A DNA stretch of 64,000 bases from the IMG/VR virus record IMGVR_UViG_3300048925_000129; one strand, given 5' to 3'. Shown here piece after piece: positions 9,300 to 18,376 of this stretch. Under the pieces are notes generated by a model that saw nothing but the letters and a program-made list of their open reading frames with translations, had not been told where the DNA came from and did not search any database. Source of the DNA: a virus. The position numbers and the translations under genes were made by a program. Position 1 is the stretch's first letter. Each line of letters begins with the position of its first letter.

Positions 9300-10983
9300 A
9301 AAGGTCTCAGTAACTCCAAAAGGAGTATACGTAAGTAGTCAAGCATATGAAAGACTTGATATTGTGGTGTCAAATGGTTCATCATATATATCTTTGAAAG
9401 ATAATAATTTAAGCCCTTTGACAGACACTTTATCCTGGCAAATAAATGCAGCAAAAGGAGACCCAGGTGCTCCAGGTATAAAAGGGGATACAGGATATAA
9501 AACAATAGATCCTTATCCACTTTTACCAACTGATCCAACACCAACGGTTGTAGGATGGTATAAGCCTCAACAATCATCTGTAACACCTGGTACTAATTAT
9601 CCTAATGCAGGGAATTTAAAATCTATTGAAGGATATGATACACTATTTTATTATAGTGGTACAACGTGGGTAAAATCAGAAAGCAAATTACCTCAAGTCT
9701 CTCAAAATATAATTAAGTTTCAAAATTTAACATTTCCTGCTGCATCAGGCACACAGGCAACTTATAATGATGCTGTATGGGAAGTTAATCAAGGTATGTC
9801 TGCCAGTTCTTCAGATATACCTAGTTTGACAAGTACGATTTGGAAATTAATAAGTAAAGATGAATATTTAAGGACAGTAGTAACAGCTAACTCAGTTCCA
9901 GAAAATGCTTATACTGAATTTTATAACTCAGGAACAGCATTAAATGGTTTCTATAATGCTTCAGGGGTTTTCACATCTAATACAGATTATAAATGTACTC
10001 CAAAAATTCCTGTTACAGCAGGAGAAATTTGGAGATACAGAGGTAAACCTTATGCAGGATTAAGTGTTAGAGGGGTATATGGATATAAGGCAGATAATTC
10101 TATAGTTATATTAGTTAATGTAGTTGATGCTAATGCAGCATATGTAGAGTTCACAATCCCTACTGATATAATTCAAATAGCAGCTAATTATAATGTTCCA
10201 ACTACACAATATTATAGTATACAAAAAAAGACTGTAAATTATGTTTTTGTATCGGTAGCCAAAGATTTACTTGGAAATGTTACAGATATAAATAATAATA
10301 ATGTTTCTAGAGTAAAAACAGGATTATCAATTGCATCAGTAGGTGATAGTATTACAGCTAATGGAGCAGCAGGATCACCATTAAAAGGATATCAGTGGTA
10401 TTTAAAAGATTTTTATGATTTTACAACATATACCTCATATGGGTATAGTGGTAGAGCATTATCTACATTTATAACTCCAGATACTAATAGTATTATTGAA
10501 CAATTTATAAATAATGCGGTTTCTCATGATGTTTTTACACTATTAGCAGGTACAAATGACTTTAGGAATAATATGAGAAACGGGGAAATAGGTACTTTAA
10601 ATGATTATAAAAATTTAACATCTTATGGTGCTGTAGGTAGTGTAACATCACTTAATTTTTATCAAGCACTAAAAGCTTTTGTTTTAAGATGTTATGAATT
10701 AAATCCCAAAGCAAAAATTATATTCATTACCCCATTACAAAGAGATAATGCAGGTTATACATCATGGTCAGTAAATCCAGTAGGAAGAACATTATCTGAT
10801 TTTGTAAATGCCATTAGAGAAGTAGCTGAATATGAAAGCATACCTTTAGTTGATTCATTTAAGAATGGAGTAATAAATATGAGAAATATAACTCAATATA
10901 CATCAGATGGATTACATCCAAATAATGAGGGGTATAAGATTTTGGCAAGAAGCATGCAACCAGCAATTAATAAATTTATTTAA
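9283..10983 (+). CDS. receptor-binding protein with C-terminal SGNH/GDSL esterase
   Basis: Module A, short collagen stretch, GDSIT, GYSG, GTND and DGLHPN blocks. Confidence 0.85.
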   Translation: MAINLGKVSVTPKGVYVSSQAYERLDIVVSNGSSYISLKDNNLSPLTDTLSWQINAAKGDPGAPGIKGDTGYKTIDPYPLLPTDPTPTVVGWYKPQQSSVTPGTNYPNAGNLKSIEGYDTLFYYSGTTWVKSESKLPQVSQNIIKFQNLTFPAASGTQATYNDAVWEVNQGMSASSSDIPSLTSTIWKLISKDEYLRTVVTANSVPENAYTEFYNSGTALNGFYNASGVFTSNTDYKCTPKIPVTAGEIWRYRGKPYAGLSVRGVYGYKADNSIVILVNVVDANAAYVEFTIPTDIIQIAANYNVPTTQYYSIQKKTVNYVFVSVAKDLLGNVTDINNNNVSRVKTGLSIASVGDSITANGAAGSPLKGYQWYLKDFYDFTTYTSYGYSGRALSTFITPDTNSIIEQFINNAVSHDVFTLLAGTNDFRNNMRNGEIGTLNDYKNLTSYGAVGSVTSLNFYQALKAFVLRCYELNPKAKIIFITPLQRDNAGYTSWSVNPVGRTLSDFVNAIREVAEYESIPLVDSFKNGVINMRNITQYTSDGLHPNNEGYKILARSMQPAINKFI

Positions 10984-10984
10984 A

Positions 10985-11218
10985 ATGGCAGCAGATTTAG
11001 GAAAAATAACTACAACATTGGAGGGAGACTTTAATCCCTCTAATGTGTATGAGAGATTAGATATAGTAACATTTGATGGGAGTTCTTACATTTCAAAAAT
11101 AGATAATAATAACTTTCCTTTAACAGACACAACTGCTTGGCAATTAAGTGCTAAAAAGGGAGATACAGGAGCTGATGGAACTTTTATTTTAGAGTATAAT
11201 GATATTTTTGATATTTAA
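10985..11218 (+). CDS. small adapter (module A + short tail)
   Basis: Start moved to ATG 10985 (MAADLGKI), which matches the other module-A N-termini. Confidence 0.75.
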   Translation: MAADLGKITTTLEGDFNPSNVYERLDIVTFDGSSYISKIDNNNFPLTDTTAWQLSAKKGDTGADGTFILEYNDIFDI

Positions 11219-11221
11219 TAT

Positions 11222-13474
11222 ATGAGTATAGCTAACGATATAAAAAAAACTATTGATGTAGCATCAGGAGCTGATGTTAACTATAGAGTTACTGGTACAT
11301 GGTATGATGGTACTCTATTAAATGATACTAGGTTAGACCAAGATAAGTTTAGAAAATTAAATAATATATACTATAAGAAAACTATTGCTTCTGACTTAAT
11401 GCCAAAGGTAGATACAATAGCTGATTTAAGACTATATAATGGTTATTTTGAAGGTCAGGTAGTTGATCTATTAGGATACTATGTTGCAGGGGATAAAGAT
11501 ACAGTAAGATATAAATTTACAGTAGCTAATTACTCAACTTTGGTTGATGATGGAGGAGGAGTTATTAAAACAGATAGAGGATCATGGATAGCTCAATTTG
11601 GTAACGTAATTGATGTTAGAGATTATGGATGTTCTGAATCATTACCTGATAACTCTACAATACTTAATACCATTATTCAAAAACAGTCTGGGAAAGAAAT
11701 TTCCATAGGAACACTAAATTTGAAATTTACAAAATCTATTATTATAAATAATAAGATTAAAATTAGAGGAGTTGTCAGAAGTAGTATATTTGATTTTACA
11801 GGATTAACACCAGCAGATTATGCAATTAGAACAAACACTACAGCCGCAATTAATGGGTTAGAAATAGAGGGTCTAAGAGTAATTGGAGCCCCTACAGTAA
11901 ATTTTATTAGAATCAATCAAAACAATAATATTAACTTCTCTTTAACTGATTCTATTTTTACTAACCTTAGAATAGAAGGATTTAATACAGGATTACAATC
12001 TAATTATATGTGGTGTAATACTTTCTTGAATGTAAGATTCAATGGATGTATTGAACCATTAGTATTAAACTCTCAATCTAATCAACTTGACTTTATAAGA
12101 TGCTCTTTTGTATCATACAAGAAAGCAATTAAACATACAAATTGTGAGGGTATTACATACACAACTTGTAATATAGCCAACTTTAATTTAGCAGGAGATG
12201 TAGATGCCACGCAGAGCTTTATGTCTTTATTTCAGAGTAATGTTACAATAATTAATCCTTATTTTGAACTTGTATCAAGTGCTGTTCTTGCAGTGGGTGG
12301 TAGTTCAGAAGTAAATAAATCATCTTTAAATATCCTAGGAGGAAAAACTACTGATGATAATGTTAGAGTAAAAATTAATGGAAATGATACAAAAATATCT
12401 CTTAAAGGTCTTAACAATAAAAACGGTAAGGATATATATGTATTAGAGAATGCTGCTAATGATATTGCACCAACAAACTATGTAAGAGAAATATATTTAG
12501 ATAATGGGCAGACATCTGTTAATAATACGTTATTTAAATTTGATGGTAATCAAGAATGGAATTTCACAAACTTTGGTGGAGGAGCAATTAGTATTAGAAC
12601 TGTAAACAAAGGTTTTAAAACTATTCAGATGAATGGTCCCGCTAACACTGGAGTAAGGTTAACTAACTCATTAGTATCAGGAAACTATTATACTTTAGTC
12701 TACATGATTAATAAAAGAGCTGTTACAGGAACTCTAAGAATACATCATGGTGCTGATTACCAAGTTCTTCCAATACAAGAACTTACGGATAATTTTGAAA
12801 TGAGATATATACCATTCAAAGCAATGGGAACCAATCTTGATTTAGCATGTACTGTTACAGGAGATTCTTTTGATTTCAGATACTTAACTATTGTAGAAGG
12901 AAACTATATTCCAAATAGCTTTGAAAAAACGTATATCCCACATTTCCCTTCAATACCAACATCTGTGGGTAACTTTGCAAATGGTGATATTGTTAAGGAT
13001 TCATTACTTGGAGATACTTACTACACATTAGTTTCAGGGGTATGGCAGACTGTTAAATTAATGAAGCAATCAGCAGCCGTTACAGATGTCACAGCCACAA
13101 ATAGTTCTCAGGTTTCTATAGCAGATTTAACATCTATATCAATAGCAGACTTGGTAACAATGTCTACTGCTGATCCTACGACTATATCAACTACAGATGC
13201 AGGGTCTACTTATACTACTGCTGAACAAGCATTAATTAATGAACTGAAAGCAAAAGTAAATGTTTTAACTAGTTTTGTGATTGAATTAAAAGCTAAAGCT
13301 AATTTAAATGTTACATTAACTAATGATGAAAAAGCTAAGATAAATCTAGGAGTAACAATGTCAAACGATATTAAATCTAAGTATAATACAACTTCTACTT
13401 TAGCTAACAGTAATAAGACTCAATTAAATGCACACATGGCGGCTGAAAGAACATCGGGGCAACAAGCACCTTAA
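11222..13474 (+). CDS. tailspike/depolymerase with pectate-lyase-like beta-helix and C-terminal coiled trimerisation domain
   Basis: TIADLR, DDGG and DVRDYG motifs; Asn/Ile ladders; C-terminal ELKAK repeats. Confidence 0.75.
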   Translation: MSIANDIKKTIDVASGADVNYRVTGTWYDGTLLNDTRLDQDKFRKLNNIYYKKTIASDLMPKVDTIADLRLYNGYFEGQVVDLLGYYVAGDKDTVRYKFTVANYSTLVDDGGGVIKTDRGSWIAQFGNVIDVRDYGCSESLPDNSTILNTIIQKQSGKEISIGTLNLKFTKSIIINNKIKIRGVVRSSIFDFTGLTPADYAIRTNTTAAINGLEIEGLRVIGAPTVNFIRINQNNNINFSLTDSIFTNLRIEGFNTGLQSNYMWCNTFLNVRFNGCIEPLVLNSQSNQLDFIRCSFVSYKKAIKHTNCEGITYTTCNIANFNLAGDVDATQSFMSLFQSNVTIINPYFELVSSAVLAVGGSSEVNKSSLNILGGKTTDDNVRVKINGNDTKISLKGLNNKNGKDIYVLENAANDIAPTNYVREIYLDNGQTSVNNTLFKFDGNQEWNFTNFGGGAISIRTVNKGFKTIQMNGPANTGVRLTNSLVSGNYYTLVYMINKRAVTGTLRIHHGADYQVLPIQELTDNFEMRYIPFKAMGTNLDLACTVTGDSFDFRYLTIVEGNYIPNSFEKTYIPHFPSIPTSVGNFANGDIVKDSLLGDTYYTLVSGVWQTVKLMKQSAAVTDVTATNSSQVSIADLTSISIADLVTMSTADPTTISTTDAGSTYTTAEQALINELKAKVNVLTSFVIELKAKANLNVTLTNDEKAKINLGVTMSNDIKSKYNTTSTLANSNKTQLNAHMAAERTSGQQAP

Positions 13475-13489
13475 TACTTTTAAAATAAA

Positions 13490-13864
13490 ATGGGAGGAAA
13501 AATAATTTTTAATGTGTCTGAGTTACAGTGTATTCCACCAAATATAACAAATACTTCCTGGACTGGTATAAGATATGTTTTTGATGTGGATTGGACCTCT
13601 AATGGAAATGAATATCATAGTATTGATCCGACAACTAATTTGGAACTAAGTATGACTATAGTTGAAGTTGCAACTAGTACCACTGTATTTTCTGGTGTTA
13701 TTGATTCATCAGTACCATTTATAACTACAGGATACCAGTTTGATGCTTATGATTATTATCCTACTTTTTCAGATAAATATCAGATAACATTAACACTTAG
13801 TTTAACTTCAGTTATAGCATGTAATGAATCAACTTCGTTCATTATTCCTATAGACTATACATAA
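13490..13864 (+). CDS. small Ig-like fibre subunit
   Basis: Paralog of 13870 (QC.P, WTS, C...FIIP); N-terminal IIFNV strand. Confidence 0.6.
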   Translation: MGGKIIFNVSELQCIPPNITNTSWTGIRYVFDVDWTSNGNEYHSIDPTTNLELSMTIVEVATSTTVFSGVIDSSVPFITTGYQFDAYDYYPTFSDKYQITLTLSLTSVIACNESTSFIIPIDYT

Positions 13865-13869
13865 ATACT

Positions 13870-14211
13870 ATGGCAAATATAATATATAATATAGCAGAAT
13901 TTCAATGTGTATCACCTGTAATGGGTGATACATTTAGACAAGGAGGAGAGTGGAGATTTAATTGGACGTCTCAGTGGGATTTATATACATCTTTAGGTTT
14001 AAATACAAATATTAAATTATTTTATTCAGGAGATGGTCAACCAGAAGTAGAATATACTAATCAAACTATACCAGCAAATGCAAATAGTTTTTTAATAGAT
14101 GATATAATTAATTTTGATACAGTAAATTTTAGAGTTTTATTTACAATTGATAATGGAACTACTTGCTCTAAACAATTTATTATACCAAATTCATCCATAA
14201 TAATAACATAA
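13870..14211 (+). CDS. small Ig-like fibre subunit
   Basis: Paralog of 13490; N-terminal IIYNI strand. Confidence 0.6.
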   Translation: MANIIYNIAEFQCVSPVMGDTFRQGGEWRFNWTSQWDLYTSLGLNTNIKLFYSGDGQPEVEYTNQTIPANANSFLIDDIINFDTVNFRVLFTIDNGTTCSKQFIIPNSSIIIT

Positions 14212-14212
14212 T

Positions 14213-14863
14213 ATGTCTAATATAATTTTTAATGTAGCAGTTAAGCAATTTATTAACTTCTCTCCAGTAACTGTAACCTTAATAAGAGAACAAACTAATT
14301 CAGTTCCTACTACTCTAAACTATAGTAATGGAACAGGGCAAACTATGACTGCTGGACAAGTTTTATACTCAGTAGGTACATCAGGAACTCTAGGATTTAT
14401 TGAAGTTGTTGTTCAAAGTTCAGTTACGTTAAATGGTTCTGGTACTATTAACATAGTAGTGAACTCTTATCCAACAGCAACTCAAACAAATCAAACTATA
14501 ACACCTGTTTTTGATCAATCAAATATTACTATAAATCTAGTTTATAATTCAAAACCAGTAACTTCTAATGTTAACATTTCATTAGAGAACAGAGGAACTC
14601 ATAGTTTTACAACTACAGAATTCGTAAATAGTTATACTGATTATGATTCTGATGCTTTGTCAGCAATAATGGCTACAGGAGATGTAACTGGGTATCAATA
14701 TGATATTAATGGTACAAATAACTGGGTAGCATACACAGCAGGTACATGGATTCCTGTGAGTAATATAACAAGATTAAGATATGTAGCATTAGATCAGAAT
14801 GATGCTTATACTAAATCTAATCCATGGTTCGCCAAAGATTCTCAAGGTAATATTTCATCATAA
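14213..14863 (+). CDS. two-domain Ig/cadherin-like fibre subunit
   Basis: Colinear paralog of the C-terminal ~205 aa of 5221..6645. Confidence 0.8.
   Translation: MSNIIFNVAVKQFINFSPVTVTLIREQTNSVPTTLNYSNGTGQTMTAGQVLYSVGTSGTLGFIEVVVQSSVTLNGSGTINIVVNSYPTATQTNQTITPVFDQSNITINLVYNSKPVTSNVNISLENRGTHSFTTTEFVNSYTDYDSDALSAIMATGDVTGYQYDINGTNNWVAYTAGTWIPVSNITRLRYVALDQNDAYTKSNPWFAKDSQGNISS
14831..14860 (+). repeat. 30-bp direct repeat, copy 2
   Basis: Identical to 6610-6639. Confidence 0.95.
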
Positions 14864-14887
14864 TGTTTAATAATAATATAATTTAAA

Positions 14888-15397
14888 ATGGGAGGTTTAA
14901 TAAATATAAGTGTTCAAGAGGAACCTATAAGTCCAATGAGTTATGATGGCTATAGTGTGGGACAAGCTACAATATGTAATAGTGCTGCATCACAAAGAAA
15001 TGTTAAATTTAATGATATTTTAGGTGACTTTGTAGTAGGGAAAAACTATAGCCATGCTCAAGGATTACCTGCACAGACCTTAAGAATTATTAATTTTACA
15101 GATGATAATTTTTTTATTGAAAATTCATCAGGTAATCAATCTCCAGCTCCAGGGTTTGTTCCAAGAAGATTAAAAAATTTGACAACAAATACAGTTATTA
15201 CTACATTTCCTTATGAAATATCTATAGCTAATTTAAGTCAATTAGGAGTGGAGAATATTGGGACAGAATTAATATGTCCTTCTGATACTGTAAATTACAC
15301 AGGTAGAAGGGTAAGGCAATTATCTTATAGAATATTAGATTCTAATGGTGCAGTAGGACCTCTTAAAATTGCTGACTACATGAATACTCCTCAGTAA
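14888..15397 (+). CDS. divergent cadherin-like fibre subunit
   Basis: YSHAQGLPAQTLRII, EISIANL and YRILDSNG align with the repeat in 5221. Confidence 0.55.
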   Translation: MGGLINISVQEEPISPMSYDGYSVGQATICNSAASQRNVKFNDILGDFVVGKNYSHAQGLPAQTLRIINFTDDNFFIENSSGNQSPAPGFVPRRLKNLTTNTVITTFPYEISIANLSQLGVENIGTELICPSDTVNYTGRRVRQLSYRILDSNGAVGPLKIADYMNTPQ

Positions 15398-15441
15398 ATT
15401 AGCTATTGAATAATACTTAACAATTTAAATAGTAAATTAAA

Positions 15442-16125
15442 ATGACAATATATACTTTAAATAATAGAGTATTGATGATGGAGAAAAAACTTCATGATTT
15501 ATACTGCTATGTCAAGAATAATTCTGGGAGTACTGTGGAAACTGATCCAATATTTTCTGATTCCCCTGCTTTTTCTATCACTCAAACAAATATAGATACA
15601 TGGAACACAACCCCTACAGTTCCTAACTTACAACAAGTAACAGAACAGGGATTTACAACGGATAGAATAATTCAATCTGATTCAAGCATCATAGCTTCTG
15701 AGTTTATTACTAGTGGTACAACAGCCCAAGGAACAATAAAAGCAGATAATTTAACTAACAATAGAACATATGAACTACCAAATATATCAGGGACTTTTGC
15801 TTTAGTAAGTGATATACCTGTTGATACAGGACCTCAAATAATAAGAACAAATGTATCAAGTTATAATTTAGTCCCAACAAAAAAAACTATTCTAGTTACT
15901 TTTACAGGAACCACAACAACTTTTAATTTACCTTTGGTTGCACCTAATGTAGGAACAATTATATTATTATATAATGGAGGTACAGGAGGTGTTACTATTA
16001 CAGGAAATGTAGCTGATGGAAATGTAATAATAGATGGAGGGGTAGCATCCCCAACTAGTGTTTTAACAGTAGGATCTCCTATAACCATATTTAATGATGG
16101 ATTTAATTGGATAAAAAAACCTTAA
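15442..16125 (+). CDS. tail fibre-like protein
   Basis: ETDP and LQQVTEQG fibre motifs; C-terminal beta domain ending DGFNW. Confidence 0.6.
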   Translation: MTIYTLNNRVLMMEKKLHDLYCYVKNNSGSTVETDPIFSDSPAFSITQTNIDTWNTTPTVPNLQQVTEQGFTTDRIIQSDSSIIASEFITSGTTAQGTIKADNLTNNRTYELPNISGTFALVSDIPVDTGPQIIRTNVSSYNLVPTKKTILVTFTGTTTTFNLPLVAPNVGTIILLYNGGTGGVTITGNVADGNVIIDGGVASPTSVLTVGSPITIFNDGFNWIKKP

Positions 16126-16175
16126 CAATTATGTTAAGAGCCCTATAGTAGATATAGTAATAACAGAAAAATAAT

Positions 16176-16718
16176 ATGCAAAAATATATTGATATTGCTG
16201 AAGCAAATCCAGAAGAATTTAAGTTCTTCTTAGAAAAAGTATTTCCTATTACTATGAAATGGGAAGGAGGAGGAAAGCTGCATAATGTTGCAGGAGATTC
16301 AGGAGGATGGACCATTTATGGAATTGCCTGGAATTTTAACAAAGAATATTTTAAAGACTTTGATGACTTTAAGAATATCTCTCAAGAGCATGCTGCCATG
16401 TTTGCCTTTGCCAACTACTATCTGAAACTATCCCCAAGTTATCTTAAATCAAATGTTAAACTATTAGCTTTTGATATTGCTTATAACATGGGTGTAGCTA
16501 AAGCAATTCAGTATATCCAAGAGTGTGCTGGAGTTGTAGCAGATGGCAAAATAGGACCAAACACTAGAGCTAAAATGGGAACTGTTACCCCAGACTGTTT
16601 ACAACAGAAAAGAGTGGCTTATTATAATGCCCTTAACAAACAATCTAAATTTCAGAAATTCTATAAAGGATGGATGAATAGAGCAAATGATATTTTTAAA
16701 ATAACAAAAACAAATTAA
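16176..16718 (+). CDS. endolysin, glycoside hydrolase family 108
   Basis: EGG...DSGGWTIYGI catalytic region, DGKIGP, C-terminal F.KGW.NR peptidoglycan-binding motif. Confidence 0.9.
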   Translation: MQKYIDIAEANPEEFKFFLEKVFPITMKWEGGGKLHNVAGDSGGWTIYGIAWNFNKEYFKDFDDFKNISQEHAAMFAFANYYLKLSPSYLKSNVKLLAFDIAYNMGVAKAIQYIQECAGVVADGKIGPNTRAKMGTVTPDCLQQKRVAYYNALNKQSKFQKFYKGWMNRANDIFKITKTN

Positions 16719-16729
16719 TACACAATTAC

Positions 16730-16960
16730 ATGACACTTACCTTTCTTATTATTTTTTTCGGATTAATCCTGGTAGCACTAATCGGATTATTAACACACAG
16801 AATCCATCAAGTCACTAGAAAATTCGATAAACTATATAACTACTTCATTAGATCAGAAAAAGATATTGATGAAAAAGTTAGTTTTATTTCATTCATGAAA
16901 GGATTGCCTCCAACTAACAGTGAGTGTCCTACAAAGGAGGAACTAGATAAACTAGACTAA
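16730..16960 (+). CDS. single-TM membrane protein (holin/antiholin candidate)
   Basis: N-terminal hydrophobic helix; directly follows the endolysin. Confidence 0.5.
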   Translation: MTLTFLIIFFGLILVALIGLLTHRIHQVTRKFDKLYNYFIRSEKDIDEKVSFISFMKGLPPTNSECPTKEELDKLD

Positions 16961-17379
16961 TGGAATCTTGGAAAAGGTTATTTAATAATAAATATGTTCT
17001 AACTTTCATTAAGTACTACAACTTAATTTTTTTAATAGTTTACACGATTGGATGTTATATATTTTTATTCAAATTTGAGTTTTACAAAACCATATTTCAG
17101 GTTTTAGTGGCTCTGTTTGGATTTAATTTATCCAGTCAAGTTTTCGTAGGATACGTAATGTCCAGGTTGAACTTTTGTGGGTGGCAGAATTTGGCTTTTC
17201 TATTTAATCTGATTATAAATATTCTAGCCCTTATATTAAAAGTACTTGGATTCTTTTTCGTCATCAAATTTGATTTGATAGCTATGACTGTCCTGTGTAG
17301 TATTTTTGTCACTTACTTTATTTTTTATTTCATCTCAAAACACCTAAAAACAAAAACTCATACAACAAATTCAAAATGA
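16960..17379 (+). CDS. multi-TM membrane protein (holin candidate)
   Basis: About four hydrophobic helices and a basic C-terminus. Confidence 0.55.
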   Translation: MESWKRLFNNKYVLTFIKYYNLIFLIVYTIGCYIFLFKFEFYKTIFQVLVALFGFNLSSQVFVGYVMSRLNFCGWQNLAFLFNLIINILALILKVLGFFFVIKFDLIAMTVLCSIFVTYFIFYFISKHLKTKTHTTNSK

Positions 17380-17777
17380 AGCTAAATTTTATTGATAAAG
17401 TAATAAAGTTTTTCAATTGGTTCGTTGATTTCTTGGCAAAACCCTTAGGTATAGCCACCTGGTCAATTGTACTGATTCTTTCAGGAGTTTATTATGGTAA
17501 TGAACAAAGAGCACTAGGAACTGCTGCAAACAAAGAAAAAATGAATGCAGACGAAAATAGAATAATTTTACTAGAGAAAAAGATTGATACTCTATCAAAC
17601 AGGCTTATGAATAAGGACTGTACCGATGAAGTTCAAAAATATGTAAACCTAATACAAACCTTACAGATTCAAACAAGCCAAAACAAAGAGGAAGTCAAAA
17701 AGAGACTTGAATTGGAAAAGAAGAAAACCGAAGAATTAGAATCTTTAAATAAATCATTATATGATAAATCACATTAA
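17376..17777 (+). CDS. TM plus coiled-coil protein (i-spanin-like candidate)
   Basis: One N-proximal TM followed by heptads; lysis context. Confidence 0.45.
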   Translation: MKLNFIDKVIKFFNWFVDFLAKPLGIATWSIVLILSGVYYGNEQRALGTAANKEKMNADENRIILLEKKIDTLSNRLMNKDCTDEVQKYVNLIQTLQIQTSQNKEEVKKRLELEKKKTEELESLNKSLYDKSH

Positions 17778-18249
17778 AATAGTATGTTTATTAATTGTAT
17801 CAAGTTTGATACTAGCTCAGCCTACTCCTACACCTACAGATAGTAGTAAAGCTGTAAGTACAGAAATCCCTCCAACAGTTAAACCTGTGGTTGAAGAAAT
17901 AGTAATCAATTCTAAAGAGTCTCAAGAGGCTACTGAACAGATTAGTAAAGAGATGAAAAAACAAATTTCTCTCATGAAACAGATTAAGACTAAAATTAAT
18001 GAACTTAAGAAGTCTTCTCCTGATAAGAAAGCTTCAAAAGTTCCTGTTAATATTGAGAAGGTAGTACCATCAGATACATTTGGGTTGAAGGCTAAAGATA
18101 CTATAATTCAGGTACAAGGTCAAATAATTCAATTCGAACCTAAGAATAGATCTTGGGTGGGAAGACTACTACATAAGAGTGATATCATTTATTACCCGTT
18201 CATTTATGATCTTGATGGTAATAAAATTTACTTAAAAATAACTGATTAA
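17761..18249 (+). CDS. signal-peptide-bearing lysis accessory candidate
   Basis: Hydrophobic N-terminus, Pro/Thr linker, coiled coil; no clear lipobox. Confidence 0.4.
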   Translation: MINHIKIVCLLIVSSLILAQPTPTPTDSSKAVSTEIPPTVKPVVEEIVINSKESQEATEQISKEMKKQISLMKQIKTKINELKKSSPDKKASKVPVNIEKVVPSDTFGLKAKDTIIQVQGQIIQFEPKNRSWVGRLLHKSDIIYYPFIYDLDGNKIYLKITD

Positions 18250-18295
18250 CAATAATACTTTTAAATTTACCTTTTTGTGGTTTTAGGTAAATTAT

Positions 18296-18324
18296 GCCCC
18301 TTAGTGTAAATTAAGGGGCTTTTT
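18296..18324 (+). terminator. intrinsic terminator
   Basis: gcccctta...taaggggc followed by a T run. Confidence 0.8.
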
Positions 18325-18325
18325 A

Positions 18326-18359
18326 TTTGCATATGTCAAAAATAATTCCTATATTTGCA
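18326..18359 (+). promoter_or_regulatory. Bacteroidota housekeeping-sigma promoter
   Basis: TTTG-N20-TATATTTG. Confidence 0.8.
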
Positions 18360-18376
18360 ACGTTTAAATAAATTAT

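Noticed and set aside
6657-11218. Diversity-generating retroelement or shufflon behind the repeated fibre modules
   Set aside because: No reverse transcriptase or invertase in the window; repeats are direct and mismatches are not adenine-specific
11216-11224. In-frame TAA-TAT-ATG that could fuse the adapter to the beta-helix spike by readthrough
   Set aside because: One-in-three chance arrangement, TAA is an efficient stop, and no recoding signal is visible
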